This document shows, piece after piece, positions 51,295-64,000 of a stretch of 64,000 nucleotides of DNA. The DNA is taken from NCBI RefSeq assembly GCF_006345805.1, contig NC_043000.1, positions 43,028,001-43,092,000 on the forward strand, in the 5' to 3' direction. The DNA is from Octopus sinensis. Lineage: Eukaryota. The first letter of the stretch is position 1. Each line of letters starts with the position of its first letter. Below the pieces are notes generated by a model that ran no database searches, was not told the origin of the DNA, and worked only from the letters and a program-made list of their open reading frames with translations. Made by a program: the position numbers and the translations under genes.

Positions 51295-51345
51295 TGTTTT
51301 ATCTAGTTTCAGCTCACGAGCTGTGGCCATACTGAGGCACCGCAT
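51295..51345 (-). mobile_element. Isolated CR1-type 3' tail (about 50 nt)
   Basis: ttttatctagtttcagctcacgagctgtggccat is the reverse complement of 40514-40547. Confidence 0.75.
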
Positions 51346-51610
51346 AAAGAGAGAGAGAGAGAGATAAACAGATATATAGATATGTATATACATATATATA
51401 TAAGTATATTTATATGCACATATATATATATCTACACACACACACACATATATATATGCACACACACATATACAGTATATACATAGAGATATATATACAT
51501 ATATACACATATATGCATAAATACATGTATATATATGCATGTATATATATATATATATATATAAATACATACATACACATATATATATATGCACATATAT
51601 ACAAACATAC

Positions 51611-51644
<34 letters not shown>

Positions 51645-52622
51645 TTGTGTGTGAATGTGTATAGTCTTGACGTTACTGAAGTAGATACATTGCTATAAGT
51701 ATTTTAGTCGCATTGCTATTGAATTACCGATTATAGAATATCGAAAACTGATGCAGTTTATCAATTTTAATACATAATGCAGAATTATGTGAATCCTACA
51801 AAGTTGCAGAGTTTGCCAAAGAAAGAAGATTATACAGCACAGACTTAGAAGCTTAAAACTCAGCTGCCAATAGCTAAATATTTTATTCCAATGCTGATAC
51901 TACTGAGTATTTTCAATTCTAATACACTTTTGAAATTCCTTCTTCCTCCAGGCTTAATGTTAAACATATATGTTCTTCTGTAATATTGTTTTTAATAAAA
52001 TGTCTGTATCTCGGCATGTTTCATATATGGGTAATTGACCATGCCTGTAAAGTAGTGAGCAAAAATTCTACCTTGACTCTTTTTATATAAATTTATTGAA
52101 AGCATATGAAAACAAATTGTAAAAATATATTTGACATTCCCTGAAGAATGCGAAAAATACTCTTGATTGTCCATCCGTTTTGACTTTTGCTGGCCTTTCT
52201 CTGATTGAATAGGTCAATAAAGAAGATCTTTCGCTTCAAGTGAGATCTTTTGTTTCTGTGTAATCATTAAAAAAATCATTTGTCTGGTTAAACAATCTAA
52301 GCTTGTGTCGCGTAATCATGGTTTCATTTTAGAAGATATTATCTTGTACTAGCAATCTGACATTTTCCCATTTCTTCTGCCATCTGATGTTCTAGATTTG
52401 CCTCAGATAGCTGTGATAGTGCATTTCCAGCTGAAAATATTACCGATAATTTGTCCAGGTTTCAGAATCGTATGAGAGAAAGCTGCCTTATACACTATAA
52501 GTATATTTGTTTGTTTCAGATCATCACATCCATATACATCTCTTATCAAACAAACAAAAAGAGAGGCTTTGACGCATTTTGTCTGGTATTAGATTTTCTC
52601 ATATCAATATTTGCATATAGCG

Positions 52623-52835
52623 AAGCGGCAGTTGTCAGAGATGTTAGCACGCAGGGCAAAATGCTTAAGAGCTTTCCGTCCGTCTTTACCGTCTGAGGTC
52701 AAATTTTGCTGAGGTCGACTCTGCCTTCTATCCTTTCGGGGTAGATAAAATAAAGTACCAGTTGAGCATTAGGGTCGATCTAATCGACCTATCTCTCCCT
52801 CAAAATTGCTGGCCGTCTACCAAATCTTGAAAGGA
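52623..52835 (+). mobile_element. Meta-like SINE, diverged
   Basis: gaggtcgactctgccttctatcctttcggggtagataaaataaagtaccag. Confidence 0.8.
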
Positions 52836-53059
52836 ATATTTGCATATAATGTTGGAGACTGTGCAGAGACTGAATGTCCTTTGTATTTCCCCTTGTCAGT
52901 GTACCAGAATGGTAAGACCAATTTCCAACTTCTCGGGTGATTGTGATGCAAAACTTTGTTTTATTTGCTTTTAAGAGTTATATTTATGCTCTCGGTAAAA
53001 ATGTCGATAACAGCCTCAAGTACTTCTAATGAAGTGACTCTAACTCGTCCACATATTGA

Positions 53060-53480
53060 AATTTTAATTATGATGCAGTCGCAGTCCTTCGTTTTGCACG
53101 GTGTGTTTAAAGTCGGAATAACTGGCTATCTGTTCATTATAAGATCTGGACGGACATTTGGTGATATTTTACCTACAGTGAATCCGAGTATAGCTGAGGG
53201 ACAAACGGAAAACAACGTGGGAACAATTACAAATATGTGTGTTACTCCACTTCAAATTCAAACTGTTGTATCACGGAAGATTACCATGGCAGTTCAGTTT
53301 AAATACTGATTGCAGGAGTCGCATTATTTCGATGAAATTTTATGACCCACGTTTGACCAATACTTTTTACGGATCTCTAGTCTCTATAGAATCAAATTAC
53401 ACAATGAGGTCAAAGAAAGACGTGTAATGGTGACATATGATGTTCATGGTATTGTTCCCGTAACCGAACTTAACCAGTAG
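53060..53480 (+). mobile_element. Possible highly decayed Penelope-like RT fragment
   Basis: FVLHGVFKV resembles LYGLPKVH and MVTYDV resembles MVSFDV at plausible spacing; weak. Confidence 0.25.
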
Positions 53481-54384
53481 AGAAAATCATACCAATAGTG
53501 TTTCTGGAAAGTCAAAAGTCAATTGAGATTCAGGTAGTTATGATTCCAAAAGTGGAGCGTGTCGGCTGACTGTGATCCTTGTGGAAATTTTCCGATAGAT
53601 ATATTCGTACAATCAAACAAAATCACGCATATATACATGTTTAAATGTACATACCTACACACTAAGTAAATATATGTATACATTAACACAAATTCCATAA
53701 TCTTCATTATCAATACCATACGTACACAGCAAACGTACATGCTACAAGGCTATGTATGTGCGTGTATGTATAATACTGAAGGATGCTTACATGCAAATAC
53801 GTATACACACGCACTTATATGCATATATATATATATAATTTATATTAATGCATGTATGCATAAATGCACAACAGTATATTTATCTCCGTCCTTGTACTTT
53901 ATCCCCAATCTCCATCCCTCTGTACATACACACTGAGAGATATATAAAAGTAGATGTAGATATATGTATATATTTATGCTTTAATGTACATGACTTTGCA
54001 TTTGTTGAGTGCCCACATGAATGTTGATTGTGTGCCTCTGTATATATATAATGTTCATTGCTGTAATATATACTATGAAGCCTATATTTTCAATTATGAA
54101 TGTGCATTATATATAGTGAAACCGTAGAGTAAGGTGTGCGTGGTAATAATCGATTTTGAACTAAAACCTACGTAGCTTAAAGACATTTTACGTAACAGCT
54201 AGAATTACTTAAGTATCGATATGTATATATGTACGTCGAACAGCGTGTATATATATATATATATCTATATATATGGTGTGTGTGTGTGTGTGTGTGAATG
54301 TTTGCGTGTGCCTGTATATCTGTGTGTGTGGTGTGCACGCCTGTATGTATGTGTGTGTGTGCATATATAAATATGCATATTTGT

Positions 54385-54806
54385 ATCCAAGTGTTTCTGA
54401 ACACTGCATGGATGGTGAGAGCTGAAGTTGAGATATCGTCCAGTGAAGGTCAGCTTGGTGGTGTCCGGATGCCCTGAATCCATACTTGGTGCGCGTGTTA
54501 TTTAATACGTTCTGGAATGCTAGCTGATTGTCTTTTTCTTTTTCCATTGTGAACTGTATGGATGGCTTTATTGGGTGCACATGATCTAACACCACTTGAA
54601 CATCTTCCTGGTGGGGCCAGAGTACGAAGGTGTCATCAACATATCGCAGCCATTGGGTTGGATTTTAGAGGTGTTGATCCTAAAGCCAAATTCTCAAAGT
54701 ATACGGATGTCCTGAATCCATACTTGGTGCGTGTTATTAATACGTCAAGAAATGTGAACTGTATGGATGGCTTTATTGAGTTCACACAGTCTAACAACAC
54801 TTGGAT
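54385..54806 (-). mobile_element. Penelope-like element RT fragment with partial internal duplication
   Basis: QWLRYVDDTFVLWPH..IKPSIQFTMEKEKDNQLAF..TGRYLNFSSHHP; second partial copy FLDVLITRTKYGFRTSVY at 54700-54800. Confidence 0.85.
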
Positions 54807-54814
54807 TGATTTCT

Positions 54815-54895
54815 TCGACTAAAAACCTTTAAAGTGTTGCTCCAGCATGACCGCAATCAAATGACGGAAACAAGTAAAAGAAGAAAAGAATATAT
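54815..54895 (+). mobile_element. CORE-type SINE tail
   Basis: gtgttgctccagcatgaccgcaatcaaatgacggaaacaagtaaaag. Confidence 0.7.
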
Positions 54896-55049
54896 TTATA
54901 TAATATTAACACACACACACATATACACACATATGTCTACGTATATAAAACGAAGTATAAATACATATCCACAGGCGTAATACATGTGTATGTGATCGTA
55001 CACATACCATACGTACAAACATGCCTATATATATATATACATACATACG

Positions 55050-55081
<32 letters not shown>

Positions 55082-55083
<2 letters not shown>

Positions 55084-55443
55084 CTCTTTACTCTTTTAAT
55101 TGTTTCAGTCATTTGACTGCGGCCATGCTGGAGCACCGCCTTTAGTCGAACAAATCGACCCCGGGACTTATTCTTTGTATTCGGTCTCTTTTGCCGAACC
55201 GCTAAGTAACGGGGACGTAAACACACCAGCAACGGTTGTCAAGCAAGAGAGACAAACACAGACACACAAACACATACACACACATACATATATATATATA
55301 TATACATATATACGACAGGCTTCTTTCAGTTTCCGTCTACCAAATCAACTCACAAGACACTTGCCCAAGATGCCACGCAGTGGGACTGAACCCGGAACAA
55401 TGTGGCTGGTTAGCAAGCTACTTACCACACAGCCACTCCTGCG

Positions 55444-55445
<2 letters not shown>
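55082..55445 (-). mobile_element. CORE-type SINE, near full length
   Basis: Head ggcgcaggagtggctgtgtggtaagtagc, B-box-like gggttcagtccc, hairpin tail. Confidence 0.9.
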
Positions 55446-55486
<41 letters not shown>

Positions 55487-55779
55487 ATATATATATATTA
55501 TATATATTATATATATATATATATACATATATATGTATGTATGTATGTATATATATATTATATATATAATGTGAGAGGGAGAGAGAAAGAAAGAGAGATC
55601 AATAAATAGTAAGTTAGAGATACATAGATAATCGCATGTATATTCTTAAAGACTACATTTTCTCGCGTGTTCATGTATCAGTGAATTCACCATATGCAGC
55701 GAATTCTTTTAGTCATGTCGAAAAACTACAAATGAATTTAAAGAATTTAAGATTTAAGTTAAAATAATAATAATAATAA

Positions 55780-55816
<37 letters not shown>

Positions 55817-56111
55817 TAATAATAATAATGATAAAAATAATAAACGAAAAATCACATCGCTGAAGAAGATTAGAACAGGTGAAGTGTAAAAACTTACATT
55901 ACAAAGTAAAGAAACGAGAAATTGAAAGAAGTCAAAACCTGGAAAAACCCAATATTCTACGTCTTTGAGATAGAGAAAGAAATGCAGAAAAATTGAAATT
56001 ACAAACTTATTGACATATATGTGAAAAGATGAGAAAGATAACAGGTGATGCAACCGTATGCATCTTTGCGTGTATATGTATAGTGTAAATACACATAGAT
56101 GCACATATATA

Positions 56112-56160
<49 letters not shown>

Positions 56161-56161
<1 letters not shown>

Positions 56162-56507
56162 TGATGTATATATACTCACACACTCATACATACATGTAAT
56201 GCACCCCTCACTCTCTCTTTGTATATATATACACACACATCTCACCTATCTTTTTACTCATAAACACATACTCATATTTACGTCTTCCTGTCTCTTTCTC
56301 TCTGTGTATGTATATGTACAATATATATATATATATATAATATATATATGATGTATATATACTCACACACTCATACATACATGTATATGCACCCCTCACT
56401 CTCTCTTTGTATATATATACACACACATCTCACCTATCTTTTTACTCATAAACACATACTCATATTTACGTCTTCCTGTCTCTTTCTCTCTGTGTATGTA
56501 TATGTAC
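56161..56507. repeat. Near-identical tandem duplication, period about 187 bp
   Basis: Units start at 56161 and 56348 and differ mainly in (TA)n length and two 1-bp indels. Confidence 0.92.
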
Positions 56508-56784
56508 CAATATATATATATATATATAAAGTATATATATATATATATGTGCATGTGCATATACATAAATAGGTGTGAGTGTGTACGTATGTCCATACGT
56601 ACACACACGTTCGCGCAGACTCTCGCTTTCACACTCTCGCATACACGTTCACACACATAAACATGCATGTACATACACACTGAAAATGAAGTTAGACTGA
56701 GTGCAAGCGAAAAGAATTTACTGTTATCAGTTTTAACATTCAGTGCATGTATAATACACGACACAAATATTGGCTAATAAACGC

Positions 56785-56822
<38 letters not shown>

Positions 56823-57435
56823 TGTGAGAAAGAGATATGAATAAATATCTGTATATATATATATATATATATTTATATAGACATATATATTGAATATAAT
56901 ATAATATATATAATATATATATATAATATTATATATATATATTATATATATTTATATACACATATATACATATATGTATATTATATATAGTGGTGGCAGG
57001 CGTATATCTATACAAGCAGATTTCACGCGCACATAATTTAGTACATATATATACGTGTATATATATAATATATATATATATATAATATATATATATATGT
57101 ATGTATTTCCATGTAACGATCTACGTATAGGTTTTATTTTGCTTTAACTAAGTACAACAGTAACTCCTGATGGGAAAACAAGTTTTACAAGAATGTTAAA
57201 GAAGTTTGAATGAAAATTTGTGTTAGTTTTTGAGTGAAATCTTATAATAGCGATGTTAACTTAAAGAAATGTTTAAGGTATCTGACTGAAAATTTCTTTT
57301 AATAGCTCCTGCCTAAGCCACTAATTTTAGTAATTTTATTGCTCAGCTGGATGTTTACAGATTATACTTTATCTATGATAGAAATTTACAACATTCATTT
57401 GATTATAGTCAGTAGTGTAAATAAGTGATAATACA

Positions 57436-57811
57436 TTTACTCTTTTACTCTTTTACTTGTTTCAGTCATTTGACTGCGGTCATGCTGGAGCACCGCATTT
57501 AGAAGAGGGAATCGACCTCCAGTACTTATACTATTGGTCTCTTTTGCCGAACCGCTAGGTTACGGGGACGTAAACTCACCAGCATCAGTTGTCAAGCGAT
57601 GTTGGGGGGGGGGGGGACAAATACACACACATATATATACATATATACGATGGGATTCTTTCAGTTTCCTTCTACCAAATCCATTCACAAGGCTTTGGTC
57701 GGCCCGAGGCTATAGTAGAAGACACTTGCCCAAGGTGCCACGCAATGGGACTGAACCCGGAACCATGTGGTTGGTAACTAAGCTACTTACCACACAGGAA
57801 ACTCCTGCGCC
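57436..57811 (-). mobile_element. CORE-type SINE, near full length; a further diverged copy at about 57880-58225
   Basis: gacacttgcccaaggtgccacgc, gggactgaacccggaacc, hairpin tail cagtcatttgactg. Confidence 0.9.
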
Positions 57812-59039
57812 TATTCATATATATATTATATTTATCGTTTTTAATCATTTGTCTGCTGAGACAACGCTTTGAACAATCTTAGTTGAATACATCGAACCAA
57901 GTCCTTATTCTATGTTGAGCCTGGTATTCTTTCTGTCATTAAAAAAAAAAAAAATTGCCGAACTGCTACGTTACGGGGACGTAATCACACCAACACCTGT
58001 CGTCAGATGTAAAGACGCACGAACACACGCACACAAACACACACACACACACACGTATACGCACATACATATACACATACATATACACATACATACGTAC
58101 AGACACACTCACATACACATTTACGACGGGCTTTTCTCAGCTTCCGTCTACCCAAAACACAGTCATCGCTTTGGTCTGCCCGAGGTTATAGCCGAACACA
58201 CTAGCCCAAGGTGCCACCATCTGGTTGGGAAACTAACTTCTTAGAGCAGATTCACCCTGTGCCTTACATGTATATAAAACTACTCTAATAGGACAACCCT
58301 ATCCAGGATCTTCCATTGAAGGTTGTTGTGCACGTTGTGCAAATAGATAACGAGATAATAATTCTTTAAGCGATGACTGTCTAATTTCAGAGACTTTAGT
58401 GCGTCAGCACTTGTTCAGGCTCTTTACGTTCTGTGTTCCATTCCTATCGAGATAAATTTTGATACTCATCATTCCTGGGTCGATAAAGAAAACAACTATT
58501 AACAAACACTGGTAGCCATAATCGCTGAATCCTATTTTTCCAAATTTCTCTGCTGCCCATTATCTTGATATATAGCATCAGGTCAAGTGTAACCGGGAAT
58601 ATATATTAACTGGAAAATTAATTAAAGATATGTTTTGTAAATGATATTTCGTGGCTGATAGATTTTGGTGTGCATCCAAGAAATTGTTAAACACAAAACA
58701 CCATTTATAATTCTCTTTTAGCTTTTCTATGAAACTTTTATTCTATCTTTTCTTTTCATTTTCCAACGTCTCCCTTCCCTTTTCAGTATCAGACTAAAAT
58801 TTTTCCTTCTTTTTCTGTCTTTCTCTTTCTATCACTATCAGTGTCTTCATCATTCAGTCATTCCTCATACCTCAGTTATTTTATTATATTTCACCACTAA
58901 CTACTCTTTTATATTGCATGGCATTTTCTTCTTTCCACTTCTCATTAGTTATTCACAATATTTCCGCCTATCTTTTTCTTCCATTCCTCCGTACGTTTTA
59001 CTGTCTTCATGCCTGAGTTACTATTGAGTTACTGTTTGC

Positions 59040-59250
59040 AGAAGAAAAGCAGCAAGCTCCCAGATGCTGTTTTCTAAGCTGAACTATGTCAGGGCAGGCA
59101 GTACGTGGTGTCAGGAGGTTGCGATGAAGGGATGTGCTGAAAAGACATTTGACAGACGCCAGCATCTTCCCAGACATCTGGGAGGAGAAAATCCAGCGGC
59201 GCGATAAATGCCACCGACCGCTGAAGATATATATAAGGAAAATAAGACAA
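59040..59250 (+). mobile_element. RTE-clade LINE ORF2 C-terminal remnant
   Basis: QMLFSKL (frameshift) GVRRLR*RDVLKRHLTDASIFPDIWEEKIQRRDKCHR matches the RTE LFGEL..GRPRLRWKDVLK.DL...I....WE..A.DR..WR end. Confidence 0.7.
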
Positions 59251-60497
59251 GGTAGAAAATGCTAAAATAATTTTATTCACAAATATATCTCGTAGCGGTT
59301 AGTACCGGTTTCTGTTTTCTCGACTTTTTCAACTAAGAGTAACACAAAGTTGGATATTAATTAAAAAGAGAAACAATTACATTGAAAAAAAGAATTGAAT
59401 TAAATGTTTTGTAAATATTTCAATAGTCTTCAAATAGGTAGGGTATTTTCCTTTTTTGTGTCTGTCTGTCTGTCTCTGTCTGTCTCTCTCTCTCTCTCCC
59501 TCTCTCTCTTCCTTTGTTATGGCTAGTAAGGTGGGTAGTAGCAGATTTGAAAAATCATATTTATGGGTGCATATATATAGTTGTTTCTGAAGTTTGATGG
59601 TTTAAGAAGCAGCAGTCGAGGAACACATACCCGGATATAAATATACATATACGTTTATTAGTTTGTGAATATGACGTTTGTGGAAGACTGGGCAATGTTC
59701 TAACGCCCTTATATCCTTCCGAGCTAGAGATTTTGCACATAATTTCCAGGCCCAAAATGTATTAAAGATATTTGACAGTGGAACAACAGAAGCATCTTTA
59801 ATTTCGAAAGCAGTCATTAGTGAGGCATATATTATTTTCTCTTACTCTTATTCGAAATCGAATATATTTCAACAGTGTAAAGAGATCTGAGATTATGAAT
59901 GATTCTCATGTTTCCTCAGAAGTTTTATATTTTTTTTAGAAAATATGTAAAATATACACGGAATCAGATATAGAACTTACTTTGATTTTTGAAATATTTT
60001 TTGTTTTGTTTTATAAGTGAAATAATTAATATGACATGTCATACCAACAATGTTGCTTTTAAGATAATGGCTCCTGTCATCTCTTGTGGGTTTTCATATC
60101 AAATGATTATTGTATTGCATAGTATATCATGTGATATCAAAGTATTTTATTCTATAATGTTTTTGTCTATTGATCTTAGAAATCCTGTATTTGAAACAGA
60201 GCTATAGATTACCATTTTGATCTTTTGGAATTTTGCTCCTAGAATGTTGACACATAATTATAATCAGGAATTTTCTTCTTTAGCTTATTCATTAATTATT
60301 GTTATATTCTATTTCTTTTATGCTTTATCTATATTCTGTCTTGGTTGATCTGATATTTATGTGGTATCTTTATACTTGACATGCATAAATACAATTATCT
60401 AACACAAAAAGTAAGGAAGAGAAAGAGATATATTTATATAAATGTATGTGTATGTATAGACGTATATATGTATATTAATGTTTATAAATGTATATGT

Positions 60498-60537
<40 letters not shown>

Positions 60538-60543
60538 TGTAAG

Positions 60544-60581
<38 letters not shown>

Positions 60582-60583
60582 AG

Positions 60584-60624
<41 letters not shown>

Positions 60625-60841
60625 TATATACATGGATAAGGTATATACGTTCTAAGAGGTAGTAATGTTGCCCAGAAATCAACTGTCAGTTGAACACATT
60701 TGAAATTTGATGGGTACACTATGAATGAAAGCGCTAATTTTGTTACAATGCCATAATAAAAAACGTGAAAAGCAGACTGTTTTAACTTTATTTGACTGCT
60801 ATATTATTCTATACACATTCACACAAATCCGAATCAATATG

Positions 60842-60895
<54 letters not shown>

Positions 60896-61861
60896 AAATA
60901 ATTAATATTTAGTTAAATTAGGTACTTAAGTTGAGGCACGAAGTCAGTCCGGTATTATTCGTACAGTTCGGAATAATCAATTTCTTTTAGTCTTATATTG
61001 GTTTATATATCCTTCTTATTTTACTTGCCCTTATATCCCTTTATAAATTTTTAAAATTTTAACTTTTATTATACAAAATATAATGATATATAAATTTTGC
61101 TACGCTTTGGTTATATTTTCCCCTTATACCGTTAATGTCCATTTAGATCTCATTGTGATGATTTTTGTTTTCTATTTTATGCCACTTCAACTGATAATAA
61201 TAGAAGTAGTTTATATCACCCTGACCCTCCACTTTCAGGACATATAGCACTTTCTTACTGACTTTATCTGTGATTTGTTTCTTTCTGTGGGCATAGGGAA
61301 TCTATAGCTATAGAAAATTAGGGTTTGGGAGGCTATCTGACAGTAATTAATTTATTATCGGCAGCTGGAACTTAACTGTGAATTCCCAGTGGTTTTAATT
61401 ATTTGTATACTAGCTACATTAGATTGTTTTATGGTAATAAGGTGGTAGATAAAAATTCATATCTACGTATATTACAGAGCTAGTATTGCGAAAGCTTAAT
61501 GTTTTTGAATCTACTGTAGCTTTAACTTCAGCATGACTATAAATCATAGTATAACAGATTGAAACCGGTAGTATATTTAAAAAAAAAATTCTTACCTTTA
61601 ACTGTGGTAAAATTCGCAAAGCATTTTCTTTTGTTTTTTAATAGAAAATTTACACGTGTGAAAGTGTAAAACCTGTTGACCTTTTCTCGTCCTTTCTCTC
61701 TCTTTCACAAACACTCTCTCTCTGTTTCCACACACGCACACACACATACACATACACACACATATATAGTTGTAATTTACAAAAATACAAAACAAAAGGC
61801 GAAGACGGGTGTGTAAACAACAAACAGATGTATTAGTTCAACACTCGGGAAGTGAGAAATT

Positions 61862-61897
61862 CTTTTACGTTTCGAGCCTCTGCTCTTCAACAGAAAG
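61862..61897 (-). ncRNA. Minimal type-I hammerhead motif, paralog of 10697-10731, A6U variant
   Basis: Minus strand: CUUU CUGUUGA A GAGC AGAG GCUC GAAA CGU A AAAG; flanks align with 10640-10790. Confidence 0.75.
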
Positions 61898-63369
61898 GAA
61901 CATAGAAATAAGGAGAGAGAAAAAAAGTTTAGTGGCTAGCGATCAATTATGGCGAATGCCGGACACAGGTGGTCGGACAGGAGAGCTAGGAAGAAGGGGA
62001 GATAATAAAGTAGTGGTGATACCAAAATGAAGGTGCGCGTGCGTATATATGTGAGAGCGTGTATGTGCATGTGTATAGGGGCAGGTGACCTTGACGTGTG
62101 CATGTGTGCATGTGTAGGTGTGTGGTTGATGGTGTGGGTACTGGGAAGTGGTCAGTGTGTGCGCAGTGGTGTGGTATGGTGGTGTTGTGTGGTGTGACAA
62201 GATGTGGTGTGTTGGTGTGTGGGGTGAGGTGGTGGTATTGGGGTGTGGGGGAGGCGAGGGTGGGGGTAAGCAAGAGTGGGGTTTGTGGGAGTGGAATTTG
62301 TGGGATGGGGTGGAGTGGGATGTATAGGGATGGTGAGGTTGGAATGTGTAAGGCTGGGGTAACGATGGTGGGGTGACGAGGAAGGGAGAGGGTGGACGGG
62401 GGAAGGTGGGTAGGAGTGAAGAGAGGAAGTAGGTGTCAGAGCAAGAGAGGAGAGGTGAAGATATATCTATATCTATCTATCTCTCTCTCTATATATATTT
62501 ATAATATATATGTATGTATGTATGTATGTATTCACATATCTTGTAAGGTCTGATTTCTTGCTATTAATAAAATAGTTTCTAATTATATGCTTCAGATGTC
62601 TGAATGTGTTACGTTAAACTCCTGTACTTCTATTTCTTATATATTCGTATATATGCACATAAACGAAAGTTAGCACCGCTTTATATGTATGTATATGTCT
62701 CTCTCTCTGTACACACGTACACACACACACACACACACATACACACACACACATACACACACACACATACACACACACACAAACTCATACACTTGTACCA
62801 TGGCTTTTATGAAGTTTAAGGGAGAATAGTTGTGAGTATGAACACCTCTGATCTGTCCTGAAAATATTTCACAGCTGCTTTACTTCTAAATTTCCTGGTT
62901 GGGAAACATAATGAACTCTGTCATAGTAATTGAAATAGATAGGTCTGGAGTCTTAATGGTCAATCTTATCGAGAGTCTGTAATGTATTATGATTTTAAAA
63001 GAAATTCATGAAATAAAATTTGCGTAAACTACGAATTTGATTTTTGCAAAATGTATTTCAAATAAGCGAAGGAAATAAATAAAGTAGAAATTAAATGGAG
63101 CTGTAAAGATATTGTCTTTTCTAATTCAGGATGTCTGATAGAAATTCTGAAACGTTGATCCGTGTTTTCTTCATTATTTCCTGGTTAAGTATATTTGAGC
63201 ACTTTTGAAATTTTTATGATCGTTTAGTCACACGTCAACACTAATCGAGCAGAAGAGCGATCTAAAGTACTACAGCAGCGATCTTGTCATAGTTATTCTG
63301 GTAGTAAATATTCCAATGCGTTCTTATTTTAAGACATACAATGAGACCTGAGTGGATTTTGTCTGCCAT

Positions 63370-63628
63370 TTCTTATTTCTTTATTGCCCACAGGGTGCTA
63401 AACATAGAGGGGACAAACAAGGGCAGACAGAGGGATTAAGCGATTACATCGACCGTAGTGCGTAACTGGTACTTAATTTATCGACCTCTAAAGGTACTTA
63501 TCTAATCGATCCCGAAAGGATGAAAGGCAAAGTCGACCTCAGCGGAATTTGAACTCAGAACGTAACAGCAGACGAAATATCGCTAAGCATTTCGCCCGGC
63601 GCTCTAACGCTTCTGCCAGTTCGCCGCC
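63370..63628 (-). mobile_element. Meta-like SINE, full length, small internal duplication of ggtactta..atcga
   Basis: Near-consensus head and core. Confidence 0.9.
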
Positions 63629-64000
63629 TTTTTTTATCTGTCATTTCTTGTCATTCGAGAGGTCCCTTTATTACCTTGTGGATGATGTCATGCAGATAGA
63701 TAAAATCAGTAAAAAACTGAAAACGCATCAATATTTACCACTAGGTTGGCAGAAGAGGTTCAACAGCTGGTACAATTTTTTTTTATTTACCTTCACTTGA
63801 TATATTTTGATTTTAAACCAATATTATTAATTCAACTACGGTAGTAGTTGACTAATATTCTTAAGGCCGCAATTTACTCACACGCAACATGTTTCAGAGC
63901 TTTTCGCTAATTCAGTTCTTATCCAAATTGAAAACTATCAATATTTTTTGAAGAGGACTGATCCCTAGATACATTTTCGCATAAAGAACTGAGATATGAT

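Noticed and set aside
59089-59220. Minus-strand exon-like ORF with a good AG acceptor (RSVAFIAPLDFLLP...)
   Set aside because: The plus strand is better explained as an RTE ORF2 C-terminal remnant, and no partner exons were found
63128-63161. ggatgt-CUGAUAG..GAAACGUU-gatcc
   Set aside because: Core heptamer is broken and the helix register is off; possible relic only

Overview
AT-rich eukaryotic DNA dense in microsatellites and transposable elements. The tRNA-derived SINE families and the (TA)n/(AAT)n load suggest an octopus (coleoid cephalopod) genome; this is inference, not a database match. I cannot support any host protein-coding gene, true tRNA/rRNA gene or CRISPR array. Most ORFs in the supplied track are translations of simple repeats. 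The elements I can recognise are: seven R4/Dong-type (restriction-like endonuclease) LINE pieces, most of them abutting (AAT)n-type arrays; two CR1-type LINE 3' ends; an RTE remnant; Penelope-like remnants; a solo LTR; pogo, Tc2 and mariner DNA transposons; two Helitron-type non-autonomous elements; and three SINE families. The main result of reading at RNA level is a set of type-I hammerhead ribozyme motifs: five well formed (6693-6804, 7229-7276, 10697-10731, 29075-29161, 61862-61897) plus decayed ones. The well-formed motifs carry four different palindromic helix III sequences and some have long helix II insertions. They are densest at 6.0-7.5 kb, where they sit with a perfect 61-bp inverted repeat, a captured inverted copy of nearby DNA that preserves the empty site of a CR1 insertion, and an 82-bp-arm hairpin. 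All alignments and folds were done by hand.
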